This document shows positions 22,714 through 34,924 of a stretch of DNA of 64,000 bases, piece by piece. The stretch spans positions 122,912,007 to 122,976,006 of the forward strand of contig NC_068982.1 of NCBI RefSeq assembly GCF_001194135.2. The letters are read 5' to 3'. The stretch's first letter is position 1. Every line of letters starts with the position of its first letter. The translations under genes were made by a program, and so were the position numbers. The notes below the pieces were generated by a model. The model was not told where the DNA came from, made no database searches, and saw nothing but the letters and a program-made list of their open reading frames with translations. This stretch comes from Octopus bimaculoides. Taxonomy: Eukaryota.

Positions 22714-24432
22714 CTATCAAATGCTTTACTTTAGTCTAAATGGACCATGGCTCCACCTTTGCCGGTTAATTTACCCACCCTGTCTAAGGTGTAGTGGATA
22801 AGGTGAAGATCGACCTGCTTGGGATGGCACATGTCTGTGCCCTCCCTACAAGTTTCTCCACGACACGCGTCAACCTTTTGGCTACCACCTTGGCCATAAT
22901 CTTTAACTCTACATTAAGTAGAGTTATCGGCCTGTAATTACTAATATTATCCCCTTTGCTCGGATCCTTCTAGATCAGCGTCACTACTCCCCGACTCACA
23001 GAGCTGGGAATCCTCCCATTCTGTTGCCAGTTTGTGTAGACACTAGCCAGCAGGTCCCTAAACAAGTCCGACATACTATGATAAAACTCATATGATAAAA
23101 CTTGGCGCACTTGGTCAACCCCACTTTTACCTCCGCAGGAGTGATCGGTCCTTCACAGCATTCTACCCCCCATGCCGAGAGTTGTGGTCCACTGGCTAGA
23201 AAGCCCTTTAAGGGCTCCACACACTCAAGCGTTCCGCTCTCCCCAAACAACTGGGCGAAATGCTGGTGAGAGGCCTTTTGCATCATTTCCTGTTCATCAG
23301 TTAGAGACTTTAAAGAGGCTTTTTGCCCTTCTGACTTTCCACACAACCTGCCCATCCGACAATGTTAACACCTTCTCGCCCCATTGCACGTAACTTAACT
23401 CTAACTCTGCTGCCTTCGTGTTTGGTTTTGAGGTGACAGTACAAGGCCATTTTCGCCGTCTGCACTCTAGAAACTAAGCCAGAATCCATGGCCTCGCCTA
23501 AATTCTTAACTAATTCCCCTTCTGTTCTAGATCTATCTAAACTTAGCTGATTGCTAAATCTAATAGACTCTAAATGAATGGCTCTCTTGAGGGCATACCA
23601 CCATCTATTATTAACGATGACGCCACATAGTGCCCTCTGTACTAACTCCTTAATCCAGGCACGGAAGTCTTTACAAGTCAAAATAGACTTGTTCATCTTC
23701 CAGTACCTGGGTCCCTGTCAATGACATTTATCTACACGTACCTCACACGTCACAAATTTGTGGTCCGTGTAAGGTGTAATAAAAAAATTCATGGACAGCT
23801 AAAAGTATCCCTATCTCTTTCCCTAACAAATACTCTATTTATATAAGATCTACATAAGCTGTCATTATTACTCCACAGCCACTGTGAAAGGCTCGGCTCA
23901 TCCAATCTGTAACGGTCTACTAGATTATAGCTCTCAAGTAGACCGTTGAGGCCAGGATTTCCTTTCCCATCAGTCGAACCAACACTGTCCACTCGTGCAT
24001 CGAGGATAGTGTTAAAGTCTCCTAACAGAACTACTATTTTTGACGTCACTAGAATGTGCTCCAGGTCTCACAAAAGCCAGACTGCCCACGCTCGTTAGGA
24101 GCATAGACAGCTACCAACCTGAAAGACTGTTTACTCACATGGGTTACATCCAGGACGACCGGCCAACTTTCTGGATCCAGAAAGACAGTACTTACCTATA
24201 AGTCCAAGTTCTTCCTGAATAAGGCCACCACGCCCCCTCCTCCTTGTCAGCTAGGAGCAATAAATTTCTCATAGCCATTCAAGAGAGGCAAGAACGCTTG
24301 TGGTCCACTCATCTTGGACTCAGTTACAATGTACACATCTATATCATGTGACCTGACGTCGTCCAGGAAACAAGTTTGTTTCCATTTCGACCCCAGACCA
24401 TGCACATTTGTGCACCCTGACTTAATCGACAT
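22714..24432 (-). pseudogene. LINE ORF2 5' part: APE endonuclease, linker and N-terminal RT, disrupted
   Basis: ORF-track fragments 24247-24432, 23789-24049, 23310-23696 and 22996-23355, plus hand translation ending GGAMVHLD*SKAFDRV. Confidence 0.85.
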
Positions 24433-24714
24433 GGTAAAAAAAAAAAATTAAAGGGGTACTTACAGTTTAAGTTAGGGGAAGGGGCTGCACAAGTTTGCCT
24501 CCCTCCCCATCTTTCTCTTTGCTGGGTGTAGCTGCTGGGCTTTCTCTGTATGGCGGCTGGGCTTTCTCTATGTGTGGCAGCTGGGCTTACAATTAGCTTC
24601 CCCTCCGCCACCTCAGAGCTGACGTCTCTTACATCCTCCGGATATCGAGACTTCAGCTCCGAAAAAAGTTTCTCGCTCATTTTTGCAAATCTTGTCCTTT
24701 GGTGCGTCTTTACA

Positions 24715-25871
24715 TTATTTATTTACTTTCGCTGTGTGATGGTGTTTGACCATTGTTGACAACGGTACGTTGTTTTCTTTGTACATTACAATTTTTTTTT
24801 GTATTTTAGGGAGGGGCTTGGCAAATGGCTTTACCATGGGATTGGATTGGGAAGTTTGTTTTTGTGCGTTTGCTGTCGTTGTTTGTTTTGTTGATTTTTT
24901 GTTTGGGGAGGGGAGTCGGGAACGTGTGTCTTTTTTTCTTTTGTAGGTGACTGTAGTGAATTCCATGTCCTCGCTATTGTTGTTCGTGCCTGCCTTGGTT
25001 TCTGTTTCAACTTTCTTCTTCTTTGGGTTTCCTTCCCTATCATTATCTTCCATGCTCTTGTTATTCGTAGCTTTTGGAGGAGAGGCCTCACCATCTTTTT
25101 TTTTTAATTTGGTACATTTGGAACGAGTGTGGCCCTTCTCTCCACATTTAAAGCACCTGGGCCTACATCTTTCCACAGCTACCCGCATGGATAGTACCTC
25201 CCCTACAAACACCCTATTGGGTAAATTTTTGAGAGTCTCGTTTGTTGCTTGGACGACCATTTCTAACGATTGTCCTCGCCAGTTCACCGCTTCTTTCTTT
25301 TTCATTTGTAGGATTGTAATTTCCTCCTCCACATCATATACTATCACAGCCGATACCCACATTACTTCATACCCCACAGGGATGTCGTGTACTGTCACCT
25401 TAGCAGTCCTGCGGTCCAAGTAAGTGGGCAGCAGCATTATTTCACCGTTCCTCAGCGTTTGAGTGGACACCTCCTTGGCTACGCTAGCTAACTCAAAATG
25501 GGCCTCATTTGTGACACCTCTTGCTCCTCTGCTAACGTAGCATACTTTGTTCCACACTGGTGCCATACACTTCTCCACCGCTTCATTCTTTGCCTCCATT
25601 ATCCGTTTTTCTTTTAGTAAACTTTATACACCACTCTTTTTGCCTTAATGGCTTGTACTGTCTCAGTGGGCAGCAACAATTTCGTATCCGCTCCACTCTT
25701 CTTAATTAAATGTTTAAACTTGAACAACTGCTCCATGGTCACTTCTAGTTCTGTAATGTTGCCACCCACTGCAGCTGAAAAACTTTGTTTTGCCTTAGTG
25801 TCCTGTTGGTTCACGTTTGAAATTCCTTTTCCCATCTCGGGGAAGTCTTTTTTTTTTATATGAAAAGTCAA
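24715..25871 (-). pseudogene. LINE ORF1 (gag-like), frameshifted near 25610; longest open part 24715-25599 (294 aa)
   Basis: CFKCGEKGHTRSKC is a C-X2-C-X4-H-X4-C zinc knuckle, followed by a K/T/N-rich tail. The upstream fragment 25614-25871 carries an FSAAV motif typical of ORF1 N-termini. Confidence 0.8.
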
Positions 25872-26127
25872 AATCCATCACAATAATTTTTTTTCAAATA
25901 CTTGACATGAATTCCAAGAAACAAAATTTTCAGTAAAAATAACCCGTAAAGGGTAAAAAAAAAATAACAGTTCACAATTTTTCAATAAAAATTGACAGAA
26001 ATTTTCTGCCTTCTTGGGCGAAAATCAGGTTTATGTGTTTGATTGTCAGCTGGTCTGAATGACACTGTACTTGAAAGTCCTTTACTGGTGGTCCTACAGG
26101 TAAATCTTCCCCGTTTCTCGTTGTGGG

Positions 26128-26658
26128 TTAGGTTTCCTCTTCCATTGTTTTGTGCTTCTTCAATTCCACTATCGTCGTTGATTTCCTTCTCTCTCTTTTT
26201 CTGGCTTTCACCTCCACAAAGTTCCCGTTATGTTCTGTTTTCTGTTTCTGCTGATTTTCTACCATTATATTCTCCTGAATACTCTCCTCCACCATTTCCA
26301 CTGCTGCTCTAGGGCATTTCTTTCTCAAATTCCCTCTTTCACATCGGCAACACTTTGGGGGTCTCCCCTCCAACATTATCTCCAGCTTTTCTTCATTTGG
26401 TACTTCTAAAGTTTCAAGCATTTCGTCGTAATATTTTGGGCTCACTACACAGATTATCTCTAATCCGTAGCCCCATCACATCACTTGTTGTGTTCGGTTT
26501 ATCATGGCAATCCTCAGGTCTTCGCTTTTGTTCCTCAGCTCTGAATAAAACATTTCTTTCTCCTTCTGGCCGTTTGTCTTCAGTGGCTGCCTGCTTGTGG
26601 CCATGACTCTAGTTGGTCTCTGTTCACTAACTAACTTTGCCTTACCAAAATCTAGCAT
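26128..26658 (-). pseudogene. Second, older LINE ORF1-like relic
   Basis: EIMLEGRPPKCCRCERGNLRKKCP parallels RVAVERCRPRCFKCGEKGHTRSKC of the neighbouring ORF1, with a degenerate knuckle and a charged tail. Confidence 0.6.
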
Positions 26659-28010
26659 TTATCACTATCCAAAACTAGTTAGGAAGAGAACAATATATTT
26701 CGTTGGGGGTACCTGTCATCTCAATTCAATTCTAACTTTTGGTGGCCTAGAAGAGGTTAGAAGGGTCAAGTGGCAAAGACATTATTCTGCTTAGCGAAGG
26801 CATCTGGCAAATGTAACTGCTCTCACTCACAGAAAAACTATTGTTTTACCATGAGAAGAGTGCTGCTGAACTCTTAAGTGAACTTTGGCAATTGAGGATC
26901 GAATCCATACCTTACCTGCATGAAGCCACTATATACTTATAATAATGTAGAATGCTATATCTGGTACAGATAGGATAATCATGGCCGGAACGCCTCGATT
27001 GGGACTAACTTAGTGGGGATAAACAACATTGACAGCTACACATGCACACTTATAAGTAACTCAGGTAATGGATTAAAAGGAAAATCCTTTTTAGATATTT
27101 GTCTGCACATTGGCACGACTACGAACACAAGTATGCTCTGGGGCTGTGTGGATGCCATTTTATTTTTTATATCTTGTTTTTACTCACTTTTACAATTATT
27201 GTACATTTACATTTGTAAAGTGTGTTCTCTAGCAGTTTGATAATTAAAAAAAAAATTATTTATAAACAATGCACAAGTTCAGAAAATTCAGGGGAAACAA
27301 CTCTTCAATACTCGACATGAATTTTCTTAAATGCTGTGTGTTTGCGCGCGCGAGCCTATAACATGGATGCACTCAATACGCGACAAATTTGTCATTCAGG
27401 GTCTTATTAGTAAGCACGTTAAACTCCCTCCGTTGCATGAACCCATAGGGTCTTATGTGGTGCGTTAAGGGATAAACCGAAATATGGTGGTTGTTATCTT
27501 AAACGACTTTAGATCAGTTTCGATCAAGCAGAATCAAGAACGAAAGGTATTACGCTTTGATATTTTTGAATACAATGTGTCTAGGATCATATTATGAAAC
27601 GTAATGTTCTTTTAAAGACAGTAAAGGTTTGATCTGCGGAAAATTTAGCTGCTATTTCTAGAAGATGGGGTGACTGCTTTGAGGCTGTGTATGCGTAGTG
27701 TACAGAGCTTATGTTGTTTAGCCCCAGACCAGTTCTGAACAAGCAGACTCATGATTATAAGACACTCCAGCAGTGACCATCGCTTCTGTTTTGCAGACAG
27801 CATGTGTGTTGGATCCAATGTATCCCTTTTATAAATTGTGATTTGAAGGATATTAAGCTGCAATTTCTAGCAGGAAGATCGATTCTTTAAGAGATTGTTG
27901 TTTAGCCTCCAGTTCAGCCTTGATCAAACAAATGTACGTTTGCAAGCACACCAGCATTGTTCATTCTATCTTTTATTCAAACACGGTATACCGAAGAGTA
28001 TATATATATA

Positions 28011-28351
28011 NNNNNNNNNNNNNNNNNNNNNNNNNNNNNNNNNNNNNNNNNNNNNNNNNNNNNNNNNNNNNNNNNNNNNNNNNNNNNNNNNNNNNNNNNN
28101 NNNNNNNNNNNNNNNNNNNNNNNNNNNNNNNNNNNNNNNNNNNNNNNNNNNNNNNNNNNNNNNNNNNNNNNNNNNNNNNNNNNNNNNNNNNNNNNNNNNN
28201 NNNNNNNNNNNNNNNNNNNNNNNNNNNNNNNNNNNNNNNNNNNNNNNNNNNNNNNNNNNNNNNNNNNNNNNNNNNNNNNNNNNNNNNNNNNNNNNNNNNN
28301 NNNNNNNNNNNNNNNNNNNNNNNNNNNNNNNNNNNNNNNNNNNNNNNNNNN
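28011..28351. other. Assembly gap (others at 5420-5473, 33265-33573, 58801-58873)
   Basis: N runs, each abutting (TA)n-type repeats. Confidence 1.
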
Positions 28352-28701
28352 CTAATCTGTGTTGGTGTTCTAATGGCACATTGATAGAAAGGAAAGATTA
28401 AAAATTGTGGTAGCATTTGTTTTGCGCATTTCTCAATATGTTCACTAAAAGGTATCATTCGGTATTCTGGGCATGCAATCTGCTGTCGATGCAGAGTGCA
28501 GCCCGAGCATCTTATTACATAAATAAGGTTTTCTGAGGCACAAGTAAAGTTAGATTTAACTTTGAATTTGTGTCCCTCTTTGAAGAGGAATTCTGAACCT
28601 TCTAGAATGTTTGGGCATGGTGCACAATTTCGTCGACCACATTTTGTTACTTTCGCATCTGTTATATATATATAATGTGTCCATTTTAAAAATGACTGTA
28701 G

Positions 28702-28731
28702 GGTGTGGTGTGGTGTGGTGTGGTGTGGTGT
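28702..28731. repeat. (GGTGT)6 pentanucleotide repeat
   Basis: Direct reading. Confidence 0.9.
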
Positions 28732-31700
28732 GATTTCAGTAAGATTTGGCAGTGATTTCTAGCAGTTCGAGCGATTGCATGTTTCCTAATTGACCGAGGA
28801 TGTAAACAATTTATTTGCCTGCAAAAAAATAGCTGTTCTTGTGTGTCTTTTCAAAAACAGTCACTTCAACATGTTTAACCTTTGATGTTTATTGTTTTTT
28901 GGGTTTTTTTTAGGTTAAGATTATTCGTGAGTAATTCGCAGGTGTTTTCAAACCAATACTCATGAAATTATAGAAATCTGACACACAAGATTTTGCTCAA
29001 TGTTATTTTTATTTAATTCAAATTCAAGTTATAACAGTGGTATAAATATAACTGGAGTGCTCTCCCTTAGTTTACTTTGACAGTTACGAGACAGCATGTG
29101 ATAAAAAGCTTTTTCTTACTTGTCGAGAAGAGTGACAAGTATTTAATTCCTTAGCTAATTCTTCAATTTTCTCTAGGAAGTATTTTAGACAAATGACTTA
29201 AGGTCATACTGGAGAATACCAGTGGCCTAGTATGTATACAATGTCAATAGACATATTCTTCATATAAAAATTAGTGTACATTTAAAGTATACATATATAT
29301 AGTATATAAGTATATATACATATATATATATACTGGAGTTGATGCATTCGGCTAAAACTTCAAGGTAGTGTCCCAGCATGGCCGCAGTCTAATGACTGAA
29401 ACAAGATATATATATATATATATATATATATAACACACACAGCCAGTATATGTGCTTCCAGCCAGCATGTCTAATGAGTTGTCAATATTACCAAGTACAA
29501 TAGTCAATGCAAAACTGTTAGTAATGTTCTGACCAACAGTATGCCATAACTAGTAAAATATACAGCTCAACAATATTATAATATAACCGTTTTTTTTTTC
29601 TGACTTATAGACAAATAACTGATAATTTACATGCTCCTTTGTTATAGTGTATCATAATAGGCTACCACATGTGTCTGTACTGTGGATATGGGAGTATATA
29701 ATCTTGGTTACGCTACCATCAACATATCCACTCCACCAAATGAACTTTACATGAGGATGCTCCGAGTAAAAAATCAATCTAAAGTGCATGAGATAGTCCT
29801 CCTTCTATGATCAATCAGTATCACCCTGAGTTCAATCTAGAAGATTCCCATCCAAGACCAAAGAACTAGAGGCTTTCAAAGCAGACCTACTGGGCATCAT
29901 CTTCCAATTGAAATTCTGTAAATCCTTTAATCTCTTTCAGCATAAGCTTACTCCAGTTATGCTTCCTTAAAAATTCAGATTGGGCTTTACTTTTCTTCGA
30001 TAAATCTATAAATCTGTATGCAGGCTCTTAAGGAATAGTATCAAAAAAACTATAGGCAAACTTCTCTCCAAACATGCAATAGTATTAATGAGGCCAATCA
30101 GTTGTTTCCCCCCCACACCCCATGTTGGCATGGGTTTGATGAAACTTGAGATATTCTACAGCTGGATGCTCTTCATATCATCAACTCATATTTTTAAAGA
30201 AGGAAATTTTATTCTACCGATCTTCACATATTGAAGCCACAGAAACCTCTGGGTTTTTTCTCCAAACAGTATCAATGTGAAGACATACAGAAACAAGTAC
30301 TTAGATGTATATTTATATAGATACACATAATAAACATGTATCAGAAGCATGATCACTCTTGAACATTAGCTACCCACAGTGGCTTTTTACTTTTAGATAC
30401 CTATTTTGGTTGACCAGGTTCATTTAGCTTTACTTGGATCATCCACCCCTTAACATGATGGACTAGTCTAGCACCTGTACATCAGCTACAAAATGGGAGC
30501 ATTTTGGCCCATTAAACTTAGGGAGGTGAGTTTTTGCTACAAGCGGTTTTGGAACTTTGATGTGAGAGCAGTTTTGATTCTATTTTAATTTCAGCATTTT
30601 GAACAAAACTGTTACCGGAATCCTTGATGCTGTGTTTTGTGTCTCTTCCATATTTCAAGCATAACTGTGACCAGAATATTTGGCAATGTGTTTCTCATCT
30701 TACCAACATTTTAAACAAAACTGTAACCAGAATTTGTGATTCTATGCTTCGGGTTTTTCTAACCCTTTTATCTTCATTTTTTGTTTGAGTATTTGAATCT
30801 GTTCAATGTAATTGACAATTATTGATGTCCTACCAGATTTGTTGTATCTAATGTTAGCGATGGTAATAAATGTTCCAGTGCAGTCAATTGTAACTTGCCT
30901 TTGCATATTGATATCTATCCTGACATTATTTAACAGAAGACATAACTTGATCAGACTTTAAGCTGCATGCCATACAACCACCATCATTTCCTATCGCTAA
31001 CACACACACACACACATGCAATGAGCGTCTGTAGTTTCCATCTGCCAGTTCTCACTAACAAGGCATTGGTTGGCTAAAGGCTGTAATATAAGACATTTCC
31101 TGAAGGTGCTACACAGGACTGAACCCAAAACCACATGATTGTGAAGTAGACTGTATAAGCACAAAGCCATACCTAACATATAAACTTCATAACTACACAG
31201 CCTACATACACCTAATAAACTGCATAACCATACAGCCAGATAAATAATTATAACACCAGTAGAGAAATATAGAACAAGATGTTTTAGTCAAAGCAATTGT
31301 CGGAAAATCTGGCAAGAAACTAATCTATTAGAAATCTTTATCAGGAGATAATTATGTTTAAAGATAGTTTTTACTTAAAATAGAAAATTCTAAGTTTGCT
31401 TCTCAACCCACTGTGTGACACCTTGGGCAAGTGTTCTCTACTCTAGTCTTGGGCTGATCAATGCCTTGTGAGTAGATTTGGTAGACGGAAACTGAAAGAA
31501 GCCTGTTGTGTATATCTATCTAAGTGTGTGTGTCTTTGTATTTGTCCTCCACCACTGCTTGATGATCAGTTTTGGTGTGTTTATGTCCCTATAACTTAGC
31601 AGTTCAGCAAAATATACTGATAGAATAAGTACCAGACTTAAAAGAAAAAAAAAAAAGTAGCAGGGTCAATTCATTCATCTAAAATTCCTCAAAGCAGTGC

Positions 31701-32132
31701 CCCAGCATGGCCAAAGTTTAATGACTGAGACAAGTAAATAATGGTAAAGGTATTAATGAATGTTAATTGGTTCCACAAATTCAAATATTTGAATTATTTT
31801 TATGTTGGATTTCTTGATGGAGTTAGTAGCAGCTTTTGGCTTTATTTTGCATAAGGATTTTCAATTGAATGCTCTTTTAGTCTCAGATATGCTGTATTCA
31901 TGCAAGTTCAGTGTTTATCATAAGAAAAGCACTAGAAATGTTCTTTTATGAGACTTGGATTATCACATCCTCAAACAATGCATTTAGCAGGAGTTGACCA
32001 CATATGAAGTGGGCCATGGGTCCAGCAAATCAACTATTTTATGAACACATTTTAAGAACAACTAAAAAACAACAATAAACACTTGAATATTGAAACAACT
32101 AAATATATTTCCAATTATTTTAGATTTAATAT

Positions 32133-32171
<39 letters not shown>

Positions 32172-34891
32172 CAATAATTTTTTAACAAGTGTTACAAAAT
32201 ATTTCTAATTCAAAATTGACATGGAAATGTTAAGGAATTTGATTTGATATTCCTTTGGGCAAATAGAACAAGATGGAAATTTAAATCAATCTTAACATGT
32301 ATTTTCAAAGAGTGACATGATTACAGAGCAGAATATTATTTCAACCCCTTCCCAGTACACTCCATATGTTAGCTGTAGCATTCATGTCTTCAAACCTTAG
32401 ATGTAACAAGACAAGACAAGAAATGGCTTCAATATGTTCCATGCCATGTGTTTTCTTATATTTACTGGGATTCCAGATAAATAAATAGGAGGGCAGAAGC
32501 AGATTAAGTTTTTGAAAATGTGATTGTATGTATAAAAAAAAACATATTTCTATCAACAAATGAAAGATTTTCTAAAATCTATGCAATGAAGAATTTTGAA
32601 CATTTTGCTCAATTACCATGTAAATTTGCTTAGATTCCCTTTATGACAAAGGTAAGAAACTGAAATAAAATAAAATTTTAAAGTACAAGAATGATACTTC
32701 TAATCAATCTAAAATGTTTGTACACAGTTATTTTTTTTTAAATTGCCATTATTGCTTAGTTTAAAACACTATTTTGGGAACATTAAAAATATTTAATATG
32801 TATTTTAATAGGAAGTTAAAAAATATAGAATTTTGAGATAGAATGTAAGAAAGAAGAAGAGGATGGAGGGAGAAACAACCATCATAACATACATGACAAT
32901 GTTGCATAACTCATTCTTGGGTCCTGTCAGCAGCCACTCACAAAAATGTGACTTAGAGAAGTCAGTCAGTCTCACTTTCTCTGCCTTTCTCTCACACATA
33001 CACATTAATGGAATTTTAATTTATGGCTTAGTAGCAATGATTTCATACTGGTGAATAAGCTAATAATTATTCAACTAAGAAGCACAAATGACTTTCTGCC
33101 AGCATGCCATTGGCAGCAGGAATGTCATTCATATTTTGTAGATGACTGACAACTGGCTTGTTTGCCAGTATGGTTCCATTAATAGAAGGCTATTAATTCA
33201 AATTCCATTACAAAATATATTATCCACCTTTGTGGTGGTGAGCATTCCTTTTTCAGTATATATANNNNNNNNNNNNNNNNNNNNNNNNNNNNNNNNNNNN
33301 NNNNNNNNNNNNNNNNNNNNNNNNNNNNNNNNNNNNNNNNNNNNNNNNNNNNNNNNNNNNNNNNNNNNNNNNNNNNNNNNNNNNNNNNNNNNNNNNNNNN
33401 NNNNNNNNNNNNNNNNNNNNNNNNNNNNNNNNNNNNNNNNNNNNNNNNNNNNNNNNNNNNNNNNNNNNNNNNNNNNNNNNNNNNNNNNNNNNNNNNNNNN
33501 NNNNNNNNNNNNNNNNNNNNNNNNNNNNNNNNNNNNNNNNNNNNNNNNNNNNNNNNNNNNNNNNNNNNNNNNNGTATTAAATATCTATGTTTAAATTAGA
33601 ATGGGCTTCAATTTTATTATTATAATTAATTTCAAATATACTAGAATCAAATTCAAACTTTATGACAAGGCTCAAAGAAGAGGGAAAAACTATTTGTTGA
33701 AAATTAGACTACTTTGGCATGGTTCAAGATTATTAAAAATATATGATCAGTTTATTTAATAACAATTCTTTTCAATCAGGGATTTTTACAAAATGAAAGT
33801 TTAATGTTAAACAAAAAAAAAAAGACATATCAACAGGCAATAAACATATCCTTCAGTAGCTGTAGAAGAAAGGAAACAAAGCAGACGAAGGAAGTAGAGA
33901 ATAAATAAAATTAAGCAGGTGAAGAAAGAGAAAGAGATAAAAGAGATGAGGAGAGACAAAAAATTAGACAGAGAAAGCAAAGGTGCTGAAAGCAGAGATA
34001 TAGATGAGGAAATGGGAGGAGGACAACTTTATATTTGGCAAAATTTAGACATTGTTGAAACTTTTGGAGAGTAATAGTAATTGGTAAAAAAGCAGAGTAA
34101 ACTTGCTGAAACAATGATGCAATAATCAAATTTGTTAAAAACTCTCTCAAGTTGAAGAAATCTTAAAATGCCAGATATTGTAATAGATATTGGGATGTTC
34201 ACAAAGAAATAGAAAATACAAAAATAAGAGAAAAAAGTAAAAAGCAATTACAACAATAAAGCTGTTTCTCCACCGACACAAACTGTCATGAAGACACTGT
34301 GTTGAAATGAGTAAATAGAAAAGCATATAAGTAAGATGATTGCATTGTACTTGATAATGGTACTTAGTTTGAGGTATGTATGTATGCTTGTAGGTATATT
34401 GCTTTACCTATCCATTCAGCATCCTGCACATGCTCACCCACACACACACACACACACATTTGCAAGCACATACACACATTCACCGATTTAGAAAATGAAG
34501 AAAGCAAATGTAGAAAATACTACTTCAAAATTTTTATAAAATATATAAAATATCTATATATATATAAATATAGTGTAGGTGAACCAAAGATTTAGGAAAC
34601 TAGAAAGCAACAAAAAAAACTGATAAAATAAATATAATTAGCTGAGACAGGTGATGAGGAAGTTGAAAATTATAAACAATGCAGAACTTTTTTCTTCTTC
34701 TCTGATTTATTGATAAAAAAATCATTGGCAACAACAACAACAACAGTAATAACAAGAATCTTTTCATATGAAAAGTCAATAAGTTATACCTATATACAAT
34801 TGAAACAGAGACCTCTCCAACTTGAACATAAGCAAACAAAAATGGATCAGATACAATTGTGACTGAAATATTTACACACACACACACACAC

Positions 34892-34924
<33 letters not shown>

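Larger units (their letters stand above)
21040..25900 (-). mobile_element. Decayed L1/Tx1-like non-LTR retrotransposon (ORF1 plus APE-RT ORF2), 3' part missing, interrupted by a solo LTR
   Basis: ORF1 with CCHC knuckle; APE motifs (NVHGL, VTES, VYAPN, LLGDFN, TDH); RT motifs (NYRPITLLNVELKI, KAFDRV/DH, QGFPLSPLLY, Y.AVAGAKVNKDKS). Many stops and frameshifts. Ends are approximate. Confidence 0.9.

Noticed and set aside
26880-26940. B-box-like GGATTCGATCC (minus strand) as a tRNA gene
   Set aside because: No cloverleaf or A-box at proper spacing; at most a decayed SINE head.
25896-27325. 16/18 match AATAC(T/C)(T/C)GACATGAATT near 25897 and 27307 as paired LINE 5' ends
   Set aside because: Short and AT-rich, with no extension of homology on either side.
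27895-28458. Long ORFs of 132-168 aa (also 33142-33594, 5172-5698, 58707-58964)
   Set aside because: They are open only because they run through N gaps.
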